Shown: piece by piece, positions 10,858-20,652 of the stretch
How the letters are laid out: every line of letters starts with the position of its first letter
Numbering within the stretch: position 1 is the stretch's first letter
Assembly (NCBI GenBank): GCA_963665285.1
Contig: OY762266.1
Location: forward strand, 2,120,059-2,184,058
From: Candidatus Poribacteria bacterium
GTDB lineage: Bacteria > Poribacteria > WGA-4E > PCPOR2b
DNA length: 64,000 nt
Reading direction: 5' to 3'
Translations under genes and position numbers: made by a program
The notes under the pieces: generated by a model
The model's database searches: none
Told to the model about the DNA's origin: nothing
What the model saw: the letters and a program-made list of their open reading frames with translations, nothing else

Positions 10858-10918
10858 TTGAGCGGGCTTGCAGAGGGTAGGGAATATCCTCTGCAAGCAT
10901 ATCCATCTGCACTAATCA

Positions 10919-12400
10919 TTAATACTTTTTTGCCATAGCGAGGTTGGGAGGAAGTCCAACCATGAGCTCTCGAGGTTTGAAATTTGGCGAGAAATCGTAC
11001 AGACCATAATCGAGCAGCCCATCATTTTGAACAATCCTGCCTTCAGCGGGGTCAAAAGCAAGTGCTTTCAGATATTCGTTTTTATTCCCGATCCGTTGTG
11101 CCTCCATGTTACGCCGCTCTATAGTATCCACAGCTTCTTGGAGTTCAGGTGGAATCAACTCTTGATTTTGGCGCATTTCCAGATATGTTCTCATCACATG
11201 CCAGCGCTTGGGACCGCCGTTGTAAAAGGTATAATACGCCCAATGATAGGGCTGTAGATCTTGCTTAAGATCGAGTTCAACTTTGAGGGCTCTGGCATTT
11301 TTCCTGTAAAAGTCCAAGCAATCCTCGAAGCGGTAGGTTTTATCGCGCTTTATGTGGTAGGCTGCCAAGAACGCACCAATGTGAGGGGCTTTGAGAAGAT
11401 CTGTGTAATATTTTCCATACGGATTTTTTTGACGATCATAAGTTCCCGCTAGTTCTTCTTCTAACCGGGGCAAGTATTCATTCCAAGAGAGTTGATTCCC
11501 TTCCCAATCCGTCCCGGGACTAAGAAACTCAAAAAAAGGAGAGTATGCTGGCATGTTCGGATCTAAGATGTGACGAATCAAGTTAGGTAAGACAGCAAGA
11601 TTATTCTGGGCAATGCCAATATCATCTTCGCCATCTTCGGTTTGACTGGGCCCTACTAGGATTTCATCAAAGCCGGTCTCAATTTCAAAAATCTTCAATA
11701 GAAGCAGTGGATCTATGTCAGCAACTCGCCCGGCAATCAGCGCAAATGGGAAATAGCGTCGTGCATTAAATAGAGCCTGTTCCAACGCTTTCGTACTATA
11801 TCCCGGCACATTCAATCCTTTTTGATATATCAGCTCGTTTGTGGTAATCCCATATACTTCTTGCTCGGTTTTCGGATCGAAATTGTTATAAATCTGATAT
11901 GCTTGTGCGAGTGACGGTTGAATTGCTTGTTCGTAGATTTTCTTGTGATCCGCCTGCGCCCCTAGGTCGTAAATGATAGGAATTTGTTGCGCGGTGCTTT
12001 GGGTGTATCCGTCTAGCTGAAGTTGAATCAGCCGCTCTTCCATTGTTTTACCGGAGGCTGTAAGTGTTTCCAGAACACTATAGGTTGCGGTGTCCTGCAC
12101 TTTCTTCCCTTGCGTCAGGGTGAGGACAATGCTGTGATTTTTTGTAAGGTAGTACCAGAAGGTATCTTTCTCCTTCACTGCACAATGCGCTAAAAATCCA
12201 CACAGTGCCAAAAAAGACAGAAGACAAATGATCAGTGTGATTCGGGCAAAGATCCGAAACAGACGCTTCCCTCGCGTAGTGAGCGATGTTTCCGATATAT
12301 AGGGCGGGAGAATCTCACTCAAACGGTCATTTAGCTCCTGCTGTTCAGAGAAGTATGGCTTAACGGGGTAGGCTTCTAATTTCTTCGGTAACAAGTCCAT
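10919..12400 (-). CDS. Hypothetical membrane-anchored protein (single N-terminal TM, large extracytoplasmic domain)
   Basis: A TM helix (ARITLIICLLSFLALCGFLAHCAV) follows a cytoplasmic N-terminus. There is a weak lytic-transglycosylase-like motif (IFEIETGF...IGIAQNN). It ends 22 nt upstream of the permease gene. Confidence 0.5.
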   Translation of the reverse strand: MDLLPKKLEAYPVKPYFSEQQELNDRLSEILPPYISETSLTTRGKRLFRIFARITLIICLLSFLALCGFLAHCAVKEKDTFWYYLTKNHSIVLTLTQGKKVQDTATYSVLETLTASGKTMEERLIQLQLDGYTQSTAQQIPIIYDLGAQADHKKIYEQAIQPSLAQAYQIYNNFDPKTEQEVYGITTNELIYQKGLNVPGYSTKALEQALFNARRYFPFALIAGRVADIDPLLLLKIFEIETGFDEILVGPSQTEDGEDDIGIAQNNLAVLPNLIRHILDPNMPAYSPFFEFLSPGTDWEGNQLSWNEYLPRLEEELAGTYDRQKNPYGKYYTDLLKAPHIGAFLAAYHIKRDKTYRFEDCLDFYRKNARALKVELDLKQDLQPYHWAYYTFYNGGPKRWHVMRTYLEMRQNQELIPPELQEAVDTIERRNMEAQRIGNKNEYLKALAFDPAEGRIVQNDGLLDYGLYDFSPNFKPRELMVGLPPNLAMAKKY

Positions 12401-12576
12401 GTCCTCCAGATAATTAAAGTAAGGGCGGGGGATTAAAATCCGACTATTAGTCCATTAATTAACTCCTTAAGAGCCCATAGTGACCCCTATCCGTATGTAC
12501 AACGTAGAAGAAGCAGCTTACGTTTCACATTTTTGTTTCATTTTTAGCAGTTTTTTTATTTTTTTGGAGATGGAGG

Positions 12577-14712
12577 TTAAGCAGTGCTTCTAAAGAAATA
12601 CTCCAACTGTTCAAGTGGAGTATCCAGTTGCATCGGCATCAATTCATTAATAAGAGATCTGAGCTGATGTTCACGACCTGGGACGCTCTGAAGTTGCAGG
12701 TTTTGTGTGTTCAAGTATTTCTTCAGTTGTTCCACAAGGAAGGTCTGCAATCCTTTGCCTGATTCGTGCAACTGTGTTGGCAGTAATGCAGGAACGTTAA
12801 TTCCGCTGATAAAGATTTCAATCAACTCCAGTTGGTAGTCGATCTGTTCAGCAACTTGATCATATTTCTCAATTGCAGACTCACGCACCTTATCGTTCAA
12901 CGCTGCGACCTCACTATGGACAAACTTTGTATAGGCTGTATTCCAACTGTTTTCGTTGAATTGCTCGTTAGCGGTACAAAGCTTTTCCAACTTGTTGGTT
13001 ATCTTCGTTAGCTGGTCCGATAGAGTGATTTTGATACTCTCATGGAGGGTAGTGGCAAGCTGCGCGAGCGTTTTGATGAATTCAAGCTCAAATTCCTTAT
13101 AATTGTCGTCCGATTCCCGCTGCATTAGTTCAATCAGTTGATTAGAAATATCGCGCACGTCCGGAGACTCCTTCAAATGAAGTTGAACTAAAATATAAGC
13201 GGATTTCGCCAAACTAAAAGCAACATCATGAGCGGAATTACTAGCTTGCTCTTGAACCTCGTGAACAGTTTTCTGGACTTCCAGCAGCCGCTCGTAAAAG
13301 CTAATTTGTTCCTTTGTGCTATCAAGGGTGTAGGTACGGGGGTTAGGAACTTCAAACGCTTTCTTTGTCAAGATCTCACGTTTGTCACTGATTTCACGAC
13401 GGCGTTGTTTATCTTCGGCATCCTCAAGTGCTTCTGAAAGTGATTGGACAGATTCTTGAAGCGAATCGATTTGGGTAGTAATGGGGGGATAGTGGAGGTA
13501 GCGAAAATCTGTTGTAATGTCACGGATTCCCTCCAACAACTCGACGAGGATTTCTTCATACGCTTGATCTTCGAGGGGTGAGTATACCTCTTCTTCTGGT
13601 TCATCTTCTTCATCTAGTAGTCGTTGTACAAATTGATAGAGATATTCAAGTTGATGTTTTTGTAGTACAGCCGCCTCTGTATAGGAACAAAGCTTATCCC
13701 CCAGAATTGCACAACCATCAGTGACTGCTCCCCGATCCAAACCCAACGCTGCGAGGCTAATGTGCATCAAATCTTCTTCAATTTCTGGAAAATTTTTCTC
13801 AAAAGCGAAAGCTAACATTTCATACATCTCATCCGGTATCGGATCAGGGCGGCTTTTATCGACAGTTGAACGGTGACTAGCATCTCCTCTACGCACCCGT
13901 TGGCGTGTTTTCGTGATGATTAAGGGCTGCTCTTCGTCCTCGTACAAACCGGCGGATCTGCGCCTTGAAGTTTTTTGGTTATATAGATTGAGAGCATCTT
14001 GGTAGTGGTAGAGCAGTTCCTCACTTCCAAGTTCAATCAGCAATGATTCGATAGTGCTTTTCGGATCGACCGCAATACCTTCTTGCGAGAGTAATCGATT
14101 CGACAAAGCGGCAAACCCATCGGCACCCAGATTCCGGAACGGACGCAGCAAATATGCCCGCTGATCGTCTATGCAGATTTTATGTTGACCAAGCGGAAAA
14201 AAACCTTTTACATCCTTTTGATCACTATCAAACCAGATTTCCAGAGGGTAAGTCTGGTTATAAATTTGGAAATTGATGGATCTAGTATTGAGCTGATCAA
14301 ATATCTCCTGACTCACACGCGCCAGATCATTGGCATCAATAAGGATGGAAGAAGCCTTGGCATTCGTATAGAAGTTGGCTTCAATAATCCGGTCTTCTGG
14401 GAGGAAGTGACGGCGTTCAATAATATGTGTCCCCGTTGCGTTTTCATTTGTAATCGCAATCCGCGGAATATCATACGCATCGTAGTAGTAATACGATTTC
14501 CAACTGAAGGTGCGCCGTCTCATTTTCTCAAACAGCTGATACGACAAGCGTTCTTTGACCTGCTTTTCACCCCGTGTTTCCCTTCCTTCATAGATAGCGA
14601 TCTGCTCAGAAGTTTCGGGTGGTTGCAGGCTAATTTGTGGAAGCGTCGAAGTCTTTTGCTTGCCTGACAGGCGATCCAGCGTGCTTGCAATATACTCACT
14701 CCAGTTTGCCAT
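12577..14712 (-). CDS. Large hypothetical protein (711 aa, acidic, coiled-coil-rich C-terminal half)
   Basis: Long ORF with protein-like composition and no recognisable domain. It is on the same strand as, and upstream of, the 493-aa protein and the permease. Confidence 0.5.
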   Translation of the reverse strand: MANWSEYIASTLDRLSGKQKTSTLPQISLQPPETSEQIAIYEGRETRGEKQVKERLSYQLFEKMRRRTFSWKSYYYYDAYDIPRIAITNENATGTHIIERRHFLPEDRIIEANFYTNAKASSILIDANDLARVSQEIFDQLNTRSINFQIYNQTYPLEIWFDSDQKDVKGFFPLGQHKICIDDQRAYLLRPFRNLGADGFAALSNRLLSQEGIAVDPKSTIESLLIELGSEELLYHYQDALNLYNQKTSRRRSAGLYEDEEQPLIITKTRQRVRRGDASHRSTVDKSRPDPIPDEMYEMLAFAFEKNFPEIEEDLMHISLAALGLDRGAVTDGCAILGDKLCSYTEAAVLQKHQLEYLYQFVQRLLDEEDEPEEEVYSPLEDQAYEEILVELLEGIRDITTDFRYLHYPPITTQIDSLQESVQSLSEALEDAEDKQRRREISDKREILTKKAFEVPNPRTYTLDSTKEQISFYERLLEVQKTVHEVQEQASNSAHDVAFSLAKSAYILVQLHLKESPDVRDISNQLIELMQRESDDNYKEFELEFIKTLAQLATTLHESIKITLSDQLTKITNKLEKLCTANEQFNENSWNTAYTKFVHSEVAALNDKVRESAIEKYDQVAEQIDYQLELIEIFISGINVPALLPTQLHESGKGLQTFLVEQLKKYLNTQNLQLQSVPGREHQLRSLINELMPMQLDTPLEQLEYFFRSTA

Positions 14713-14787
14713 GTTATCTCCTTAAAATCTTTACTTATGATGACGGGTTAAAGTGGACCCCTTGTCCAGGCCAAAATAATGAATAAA

Positions 14788-15350
14788 TAAGTAAGATAAT
14801 TGAGAGTCCCCGACGCGACTTTAGCCGAGACAGACCTCAGCCGGTGTTGCATAGTTGAGACTCTGGTGAGGTCGTTTGTAACTATAGAACAGGCTGTAAT
14901 GAGTTAATCCATCAAACAAGGCTTTTGCCGTTGGGTAGAGTTTCTGATAGACATCTTCATACTTGACGCTTCTCCAAAACCGCTCAATGTAAATGTTGTC
15001 AATGGCTCTGCCGACGCTGTTCATACTCATAGCACAGCCAGCGGCTTCGACCGTCTCGGTGAAAGCATTGGCAGTAAACTGGACACCTTGGTCTGTCATT
15101 TTGCTCACGCTGTCCCTTGGTGGGAGTGGCAGCGAAAATATCGCTACCCTGTTCAAGCAACTGTTTCTTCCATTGGCTGATTTGGCTCGGCTGCAACTGG
15201 TGCTCACTTGCCAATTGGTTGATAGTTTTATCTGACTGGATGGCTTCAACGGCAATTTGAAACTTGAATTTCGCTGTATGCCGAATCCTTTTGGTTGACA
15301 TTTTCAATCCTCCATTTATACGGGTGAGTTAGACCAAATTTCTTACTTAA
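14788..15350 (-). mobile_element. IS3-family insertion sequence remnant (internally deleted; about 560 bp)
   Basis: OrfA-like HTH N-terminus (MKMSTKRIRHTAKFKFQIAVEAIQSDKTINQLASEHQLQPSQISQWKKQLLEQGSDIFAATPTKGQREQ) is directly joined to the C-terminal third of an OrfB integrase core (...IDNIYIERFWRSVKYEDVY...YKRPHQSLNYATPAE). Putative imperfect terminal inverted repeats, both beginning TAAGTAAGA, are at 14788-14808 and 15327-15350. Confidence 0.6.
14821..15307 (-). pseudogene. Truncated and fused IS3 transposase orfA/orfB fragments
   Basis: Two overlapping ORFs (102 aa and 144 aa) cover about 490 bp. An intact IS3 orfAB spans about 1.2 kb. The frameshift/leucine-zipper region and the DDE catalytic N-terminal portion are missing. 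Confidence 0.65.
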
Positions 15351-15602
15351 CTCCTGGCCCGAATATTGGGGACCATTATAGGTTATCCTAAAAATAAAGT
15401 GTTTTAACAGGTGCCCAAAGAATCATCAAGAATCCAATCGCAGTCAATAGCCCTGCTATGTCAAACACTTTTGCTGAAATTGTTGTTTTATTTTCAATCG
15501 ATATAGTGTATAATTTCTACGGTTTATAACAACAAATCTACAAAAACATTTGAGCATCTTATCTCTTATTAGAGTAAATAATCTATTATAGCACAACTTC
15601 GC

Positions 15603-16583
15603 ATGAAAGAAAAGAAGAATTTAGCGGTAGCAGATAACTCTCAGCAATTGATAACTTCTAAGTCAATAACAGAAATAACTCAGTTGACTTCGGAGTCTCT
15701 TAAAAAGACATTGTTAGAGTTGAATCTATTGGCAGAAGACTTTGAGAAATCTGATAATTTTGTGGATCAGATTGAACATTTAATCGCGGCACCTCTGGAG
15801 TTTGATATATTCCAGAGAAAGATAGCGCGCCTCACTGAAAATCTCAAAGTAATCACTGAACGCGCGGCCGAAAATCACCGCTATCTCGCTGATACTATCG
15901 AAGGTACATACGGACACGCTGTTGAACTCATAAATGTCATTGGCGAGACCCGCGCTAGTATTAACGCCCGCTTCAAATTCTGGCTCCACTCTTTTCAAAC
16001 AGGAGATCAATCCGAAGAACAGAAATCACGCGAACTTTCAGGTTTTTCGGAATTTCTCGACCTGTTCGCTGAAAAACCGGCACGCTATGCGTACTTTTTA
16101 GCATCGTTCCAATCAAAACCGCTTCTCATTTGCCAGTATATCTCTCCGGACACTGAACCACAGAAAAATGTCACCTATTCCCTGTCCTCTTATGTTGCCC
16201 CGCCATCTGGATCATTTCGCAGCTTAAAAAGGGCTTGGAACAAACTCTTCAAATCCCCCAATAGAAGTGTGTTACATCTTTTTCACAGTTCTCACCCCCA
16301 GTCATCCCTCGGTACGTTCAAAGGGCGTTCGCCTTTCTTGGCTGGACAGTATGCTCCCCATCAACATGGCGAGCTAGATCAGCTGCCCAAAATTATCTAT
16401 GATTTCATCAATATCTACGGTATTTCCGGCTGCATTCACGTACATCTGTTGAAGAGCGAGGATCAGTGTGCTATCTTCACAACACAGCGCCATGTTGAAT
16501 GTGATGGGAATTCAGTTCAGTTGGCTGATACAGACTGTCCTGCCGGATCACCGAAAGATCGTCATCAATTAATCATTGAATAG
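15603..16583 (+). CDS. Hypothetical protein in an AT-rich segment
   Basis: The 326-aa ORF has an N-terminus whose codon usage is much more AT-rich than neighbouring genes. No family signature. It lies next to the IS remnant. Confidence 0.4.
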   Translation: MKEKKNLAVADNSQQLITSKSITEITQLTSESLKKTLLELNLLAEDFEKSDNFVDQIEHLIAAPLEFDIFQRKIARLTENLKVITERAAENHRYLADTIEGTYGHAVELINVIGETRASINARFKFWLHSFQTGDQSEEQKSRELSGFSEFLDLFAEKPARYAYFLASFQSKPLLICQYISPDTEPQKNVTYSLSSYVAPPSGSFRSLKRAWNKLFKSPNRSVLHLFHSSHPQSSLGTFKGRSPFLAGQYAPHQHGELDQLPKIIYDFINIYGISGCIHVHLLKSEDQCAIFTTQRHVECDGNSVQLADTDCPAGSPKDRHQLIIE

Positions 16584-16608
16584 ATAAACCGAGGTAACTA
16601 TTAAAGAG

Positions 16609-16637
16609 TTGACAACCCCAATCAGATTTGGTATGCT
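16609..16637 (+). promoter_or_regulatory. Sigma-70-like promoter upstream of the molybdenum hydroxylase operon
   Basis: TTGACA (16609-16614), a 17-nt spacer, then TATGCT (16632-16637). This is about 80 nt upstream of the operon start. Confidence 0.45.
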
Positions 16638-16717
16638 TTAGCGACTTCAAACTACATTCAGACTCAACCATTTTGCGAGGCGCGGGATGCCTCGTACATA
16701 ACAGGGAGGTCATAAAA

Positions 16718-17584
16718 TTGAGGAATTTTGAGTTTTTTGAACCAACGACGATTGAAGAAGCGTCAGCCCTGCTGACAAAATATAACGGCAAAGCAAAGCT
16801 CTTGGCCGGTGGAACAGACCTCATTATAGAAATGAAGGCACGGACAGCGACGCCTGAGTACGTTATTAGCTTAGAAAAAATCCCCGGATTAGTGGGTATT
16901 GACTACGATGAATGCACCGGTCTGCGAATCGGCGCGCTAACGAAGATGCGTACAGTGGAAAAGGATCCAACAATCCGTGAACGCTATACTGCCCTTGCTG
17001 AAGGTGCCGGTGAGGTTGGCGGTGTCCAGATTCGTCACCTTGCAACAATAGGGGGTAACATTAGTCACGGTTCCCCCGCTGCGGATACTGCAGCACCCCT
17101 TTTGGCACTTGGCGCACAGGTTAATATTGCTAGTGCCAATGGTGAGCGTACCGTGCCCATTGAAACCTTCTTTTTGGGTCCGGGGCAAACCGTATTAGAA
17201 ACCGGAGAGATTGTCACAGCATTTGAATGTCCTCCCCGCGGTGCGGATGAAGGTTCACAGTACATCAAGCAAAAAATTAGAGAAGTGATGGATCTTGCTT
17301 TCGTCGGCGTGGCGTCCTCTGCAAAGGCGGATAATGGCACCGTATCAGACGTTAAGATCGGTCTTGCCGCTGTTGCCCCCACACCGCTTCGAGCTACCGA
17401 TGCCGAAGCCGTTGTCAACGGAAATTCCCTGACAGCAGAACTGTTAGAACAAGCCGCTACGGCTGCTTCAGCGCAATCAAGCCCCATTTCGGACCTGCGG
17501 TGTTCGGCAGAACATCGTCGGGAAATGGTTGGTGTTTTGACCCGGCGGACACTTCAAGCCGCAGCCGACCGTGCGCAAGGCTAA
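16718..17584 (+). CDS. Molybdenum hydroxylase FAD-binding (medium) subunit, CoxM/CutM/XdhB-like
   Basis: FAD-binding domain of the molybdopterin dehydrogenase family (LLAGGTDLIIEMK..., CO-dehydrogenase-flavoprotein C-terminal-like tail). GGGAGG is 9 nt upstream of a TTG at 16718. The ORF-track start at 16628 has no RBS. Confidence 0.8.
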   Translation: MRNFEFFEPTTIEEASALLTKYNGKAKLLAGGTDLIIEMKARTATPEYVISLEKIPGLVGIDYDECTGLRIGALTKMRTVEKDPTIRERYTALAEGAGEVGGVQIRHLATIGGNISHGSPAADTAAPLLALGAQVNIASANGERTVPIETFFLGPGQTVLETGEIVTAFECPPRGADEGSQYIKQKIREVMDLAFVGVASSAKADNGTVSDVKIGLAAVAPTPLRATDAEAVVNGNSLTAELLEQAATAASAQSSPISDLRCSAEHRREMVGVLTRRTLQAAADRAQG

Positions 17585-17697
17585 CCAGCAAATTAAGGTC
17601 AGCGAATACCGATCCATCGGACCCGCGAAAATTCAGAACGTCATATTCATTCTATATTTATCCCCAAATTTATTCGGGGAACAGAAAGGATAATCCA

Positions 17698-18174
17698 ATG
17701 AAGAAACATCCAGTCAGTTTAACGGTCAACACTGATACATATGATCTGTTAATTGAACCGAGAAAGACATTGTTAGCAACCCTTCGTGATACAATCGGTT
17801 TAACAGGTACAAAAGAGGGCTGCAGCACCGGCGATTGTGGCGCGTGCACAGTTATTGTAGATGGAAAAGCGGTGACATCTTGTATGATGCTCGGTGTCAG
17901 TGCCGACGGTAAGGAAATCACGACTGTAGAAGGGCTTGCAAGCCGAGATCAGCTGCACCCCATTCAGCAAGCATTTATGGATAAAGGCGGATACCAGTGT
18001 GGTTTCTGTACGCCGGGGTTCATCGTGGCATCCAAAGCGTTTCTTGATGAAAATCCCAATGCAACAGAAGCTGAGATTAGACACGCACTTGGTAATAACA
18101 TCTGTCGATGCACAGGGTATACGAAGATCATTGAAGCCGTGATGAGTGCGGCGGAAGTCATGCGTAATTCGTGA
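17698..18174 (+). CDS. Molybdenum hydroxylase [2Fe-2S] (small) subunit, CoxS-like
   Basis: Plant-ferredoxin-type cluster (CSTGDCGACTV) plus a second cluster (QCGFCTPGF...CRCTGY). AAAGGA lies upstream of the ATG at 17698. The upstream ORF-track extension is out of context. Confidence 0.9.
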   Translation: MKKHPVSLTVNTDTYDLLIEPRKTLLATLRDTIGLTGTKEGCSTGDCGACTVIVDGKAVTSCMMLGVSADGKEITTVEGLASRDQLHPIQQAFMDKGGYQCGFCTPGFIVASKAFLDENPNATEAEIRHALGNNICRCTGYTKIIEAVMSAAEVMRNS

Positions 18175-18258
18175 TCTCGCTGCGTATTGATATCGAAATT
18201 TGAGTTATCATGTTTGAATCATCATGTTTCACGCTCCATTCTAAAAAGGAGAATTTTC

Positions 18259-20556
18259 ATGTCAGAATATGCAGTTCTTGGCAAAAGAGTAACGAGAGTT
18301 GATGCCCTTGAGAAAGTCACAGGGGCGGCACAGTATGGAGGGGATGTCCACCTGCCCGGTATGCTTCACGGTAAGTTTGTCCGCAGCGCACACCCACACG
18401 CAAGGATCTTGGACATTGATACCAGTGAAGCTGAAAAATTACCCGGCGTGCGAGCAGTTGTCACCCAAGACGATGTTGAGAGCGGACGACGAGTCTTTGC
18501 TACTGACAAGGTTCTGTATCTTGGTGAACCGATTGCAGCGGTCGCAGCAACGGATCCAGACATTGCGGAGGAAGCTGCAGATCTAATCAAAATCGACTAC
18601 GAAGTGCTCCCCGCCGTTCAGGATGTGATGGAAGCCATTCAGCCGGACGCACCACGTCTGCACAGCGATGATACGAAAGACGGACCTGCCCGTCGAGCGA
18701 TTCGAGCCGACTTGAGAAAGCTGGAGCGCGATAAATCGCAAGACCACAGCGCGGAGATCGCCGAGCTAAACGCGCAGTTAGAAGCGATTGAAGAGGATGT
18801 CTATTACAATATCTCCGCCGAAACACACTCTGCCGCCGGTGATATCGAACAGGGCTTCGCCGAATCAGATCTAGTTGTCGAAGATACCTATGTTATTCCA
18901 CGGGTGCATCAGACCTACATGGAGCCACACGTCTCCGTCGCTGATGCCGATTCCACCGGGAAAGTGACAGTTTGGGCAAGCACCCAAGGTCCCTTCGCCA
19001 TCCGTTCCGGCATTGCGGGCACACTCGGTATTCCACTCAATCAGATTAATGTCGTTGCGACAACAATGGGCGGTGGATTTGGTGGACGCTTTGGCGTTGC
19101 GCTCACGCACGTCCCCGCGGTTCTTCTTTCCCAAAAGACAGGTCGTCCGGTGAAGATTCAGATGACCCGCGAAGAGGAGTTTACTGATGGTCGTCCGGCA
19201 CCGGGCTGTGTGATTAAGCTGAAGACCGGTGTGAAAAACGACGGCACAATCCTTGCCCGTGAAGGGTTGGCTTTCTGGGATTCCGGTTCCGTATCGGGAG
19301 CCTCAATCGGTAGTACTATCCGCCTACGTGGTGTCTACAAGTTTCCGCACCTAAAGGTTGATGCGTATGGTGTTTACACAAACAAGTCTGGCACCGCTGC
19401 CTATCGCGCACCGGGAACCCCACAAGTTGCTTTTGCCGGCGAATCCCAGCTTGACGATATTGCCCGTAAACTCAACCTTGACCCTGTGGAGTTTCGCCTG
19501 AAAAATATGCGGGTCGAGGGCGATCCAGTGCCCGCGGGACCGAATGAGCCGAAGGTTGGTTATAAGGAAACCCTGCAAGCGGTCGCGGATGCGGTGGATT
19601 GGAAGAATCGCACACAAGGACCGAATCAAGGTTGGGGTGTGGCGATAGGTGATTGGACAAATGGCTGTGGTCCCGGTGGGATGTTCGTCTCTATCCACGA
19701 AGATGGAAGTGCGCGAATTTTCCACGGCTCCATGGATATCACCGGCACAGATACAGCACTCGCCCAAATTGTCGCAGAAATCCTAACCCTTCCGTATGAG
19801 GAGGTCACAATCTCGCGCGGTGACACCAACTCAGCGCCCTACGCCACCGGTTCCGGCGGCAGTGTTGTCACCTTTACGATGGGCAATACCGCCAAGCTCG
19901 CAGCGGAGGATACGCGGAGACGCCTTCTCGAACTCGCTGCTGAACGGTTGAACACCGATGTTGAATCCCTCGAACTGAAAGATGGTAAAGTTTCAACCAT
20001 TGAGGCTGATCCGCCGAAGTCGATTGGGTTTGGTGAATTGGCTGCATACAGTCTTTCAACAACAGGTGGTCCCATCGTTGGCAAAGGTTCGTTTGCTCGA
20101 AAGCCTTCAACACCTGCCCTTGCCGCACAGATCGCCAAAGTCGAGATTGATCCAGAGACCGGCAGAATCAAGGTACTGAAGATGGCGTCCTCACAAGATG
20201 TCGGTTTTGCTATCAACCCGATGGCAGTCGAAGGACAGATTGAGGGCGGCACGGTGCAAGGTTACGCTTGGGCGACCATGGAGGAGATGCAATATAACGA
20301 GCAGGGCAACGTGAATCCTGGCTTCGTTGATTATCGCGTGCCTACCACCGCAGACTTACCCACCGTTGAGGCTGTTATCGTTGAAGTGGAGGCACCCGAT
20401 GGTCCATTTGGCGCGAAGGGTGTCGGTGAACCGCCAATCACTCCAACGTTAGCGACGATGGCAAATGCTGTCGCCGATGCGGTTGGCATCCGGATTACTG
20501 AACTTCCAATGAAACCGGAAAAGGTTGTTGATGCGTTGCACGGCAACGGGAAGTAA
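18259..20556 (+). CDS. Molybdenum hydroxylase molybdopterin-binding (large) subunit, xanthine dehydrogenase/CoxL family
   Basis: Aldehyde-oxidase/xanthine-dehydrogenase a/b hammerhead and MoCo-binding domains (GGGFGGR, AYRAPG, GEPP...). AAAGGAG lies upstream of the ATG at 18259. The form-I CODH active-site loop (VAYRCSFR) is absent. Confidence 0.9.
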   Translation: MSEYAVLGKRVTRVDALEKVTGAAQYGGDVHLPGMLHGKFVRSAHPHARILDIDTSEAEKLPGVRAVVTQDDVESGRRVFATDKVLYLGEPIAAVAATDPDIAEEAADLIKIDYEVLPAVQDVMEAIQPDAPRLHSDDTKDGPARRAIRADLRKLERDKSQDHSAEIAELNAQLEAIEEDVYYNISAETHSAAGDIEQGFAESDLVVEDTYVIPRVHQTYMEPHVSVADADSTGKVTVWASTQGPFAIRSGIAGTLGIPLNQINVVATTMGGGFGGRFGVALTHVPAVLLSQKTGRPVKIQMTREEEFTDGRPAPGCVIKLKTGVKNDGTILAREGLAFWDSGSVSGASIGSTIRLRGVYKFPHLKVDAYGVYTNKSGTAAYRAPGTPQVAFAGESQLDDIARKLNLDPVEFRLKNMRVEGDPVPAGPNEPKVGYKETLQAVADAVDWKNRTQGPNQGWGVAIGDWTNGCGPGGMFVSIHEDGSARIFHGSMDITGTDTALAQIVAEILTLPYEEVTISRGDTNSAPYATGSGGSVVTFTMGNTAKLAAEDTRRRLLELAAERLNTDVESLELKDGKVSTIEADPPKSIGFGELAAYSLSTTGGPIVGKGSFARKPSTPALAAQIAKVEIDPETGRIKVLKMASSQDVGFAINPMAVEGQIEGGTVQGYAWATMEEMQYNEQGNVNPGFVDYRVPTTADLPTVEAVIVEVEAPDGPFGAKGVGEPPITPTLATMANAVADAVGIRITELPMKPEKVVDALHGNGK

Positions 20557-20580
20557 GAGCATAACTGATTAAAAACAGAA

Positions 20581-20623
20581 CCGGTAGGGGCATAGTATAA
20601 ACTGCCTCTGCCGGTTTTTTTTT
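20581..20623. terminator. Bidirectional rho-independent terminator between convergent genes
   Basis: CCGGTAGGGGC ... GCCTCTGCCGG forms an 11-bp stem with two G.U wobbles, followed by T9. An A-run on the 5' side gives a T-run on the opposite strand. Confidence 0.6.
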
Positions 20624-20652
20624 GCGTAGTTCTGTGGGTTGAGGATAACTAT

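Noticed and set aside
16718-20556. Form-I aerobic CO dehydrogenase
   Set aside because: The large subunit lacks the VAYRCSFR active-site loop and no coxDEFG accessory genes follow. Calling it a CO dehydrogenase would be over-interpretation.
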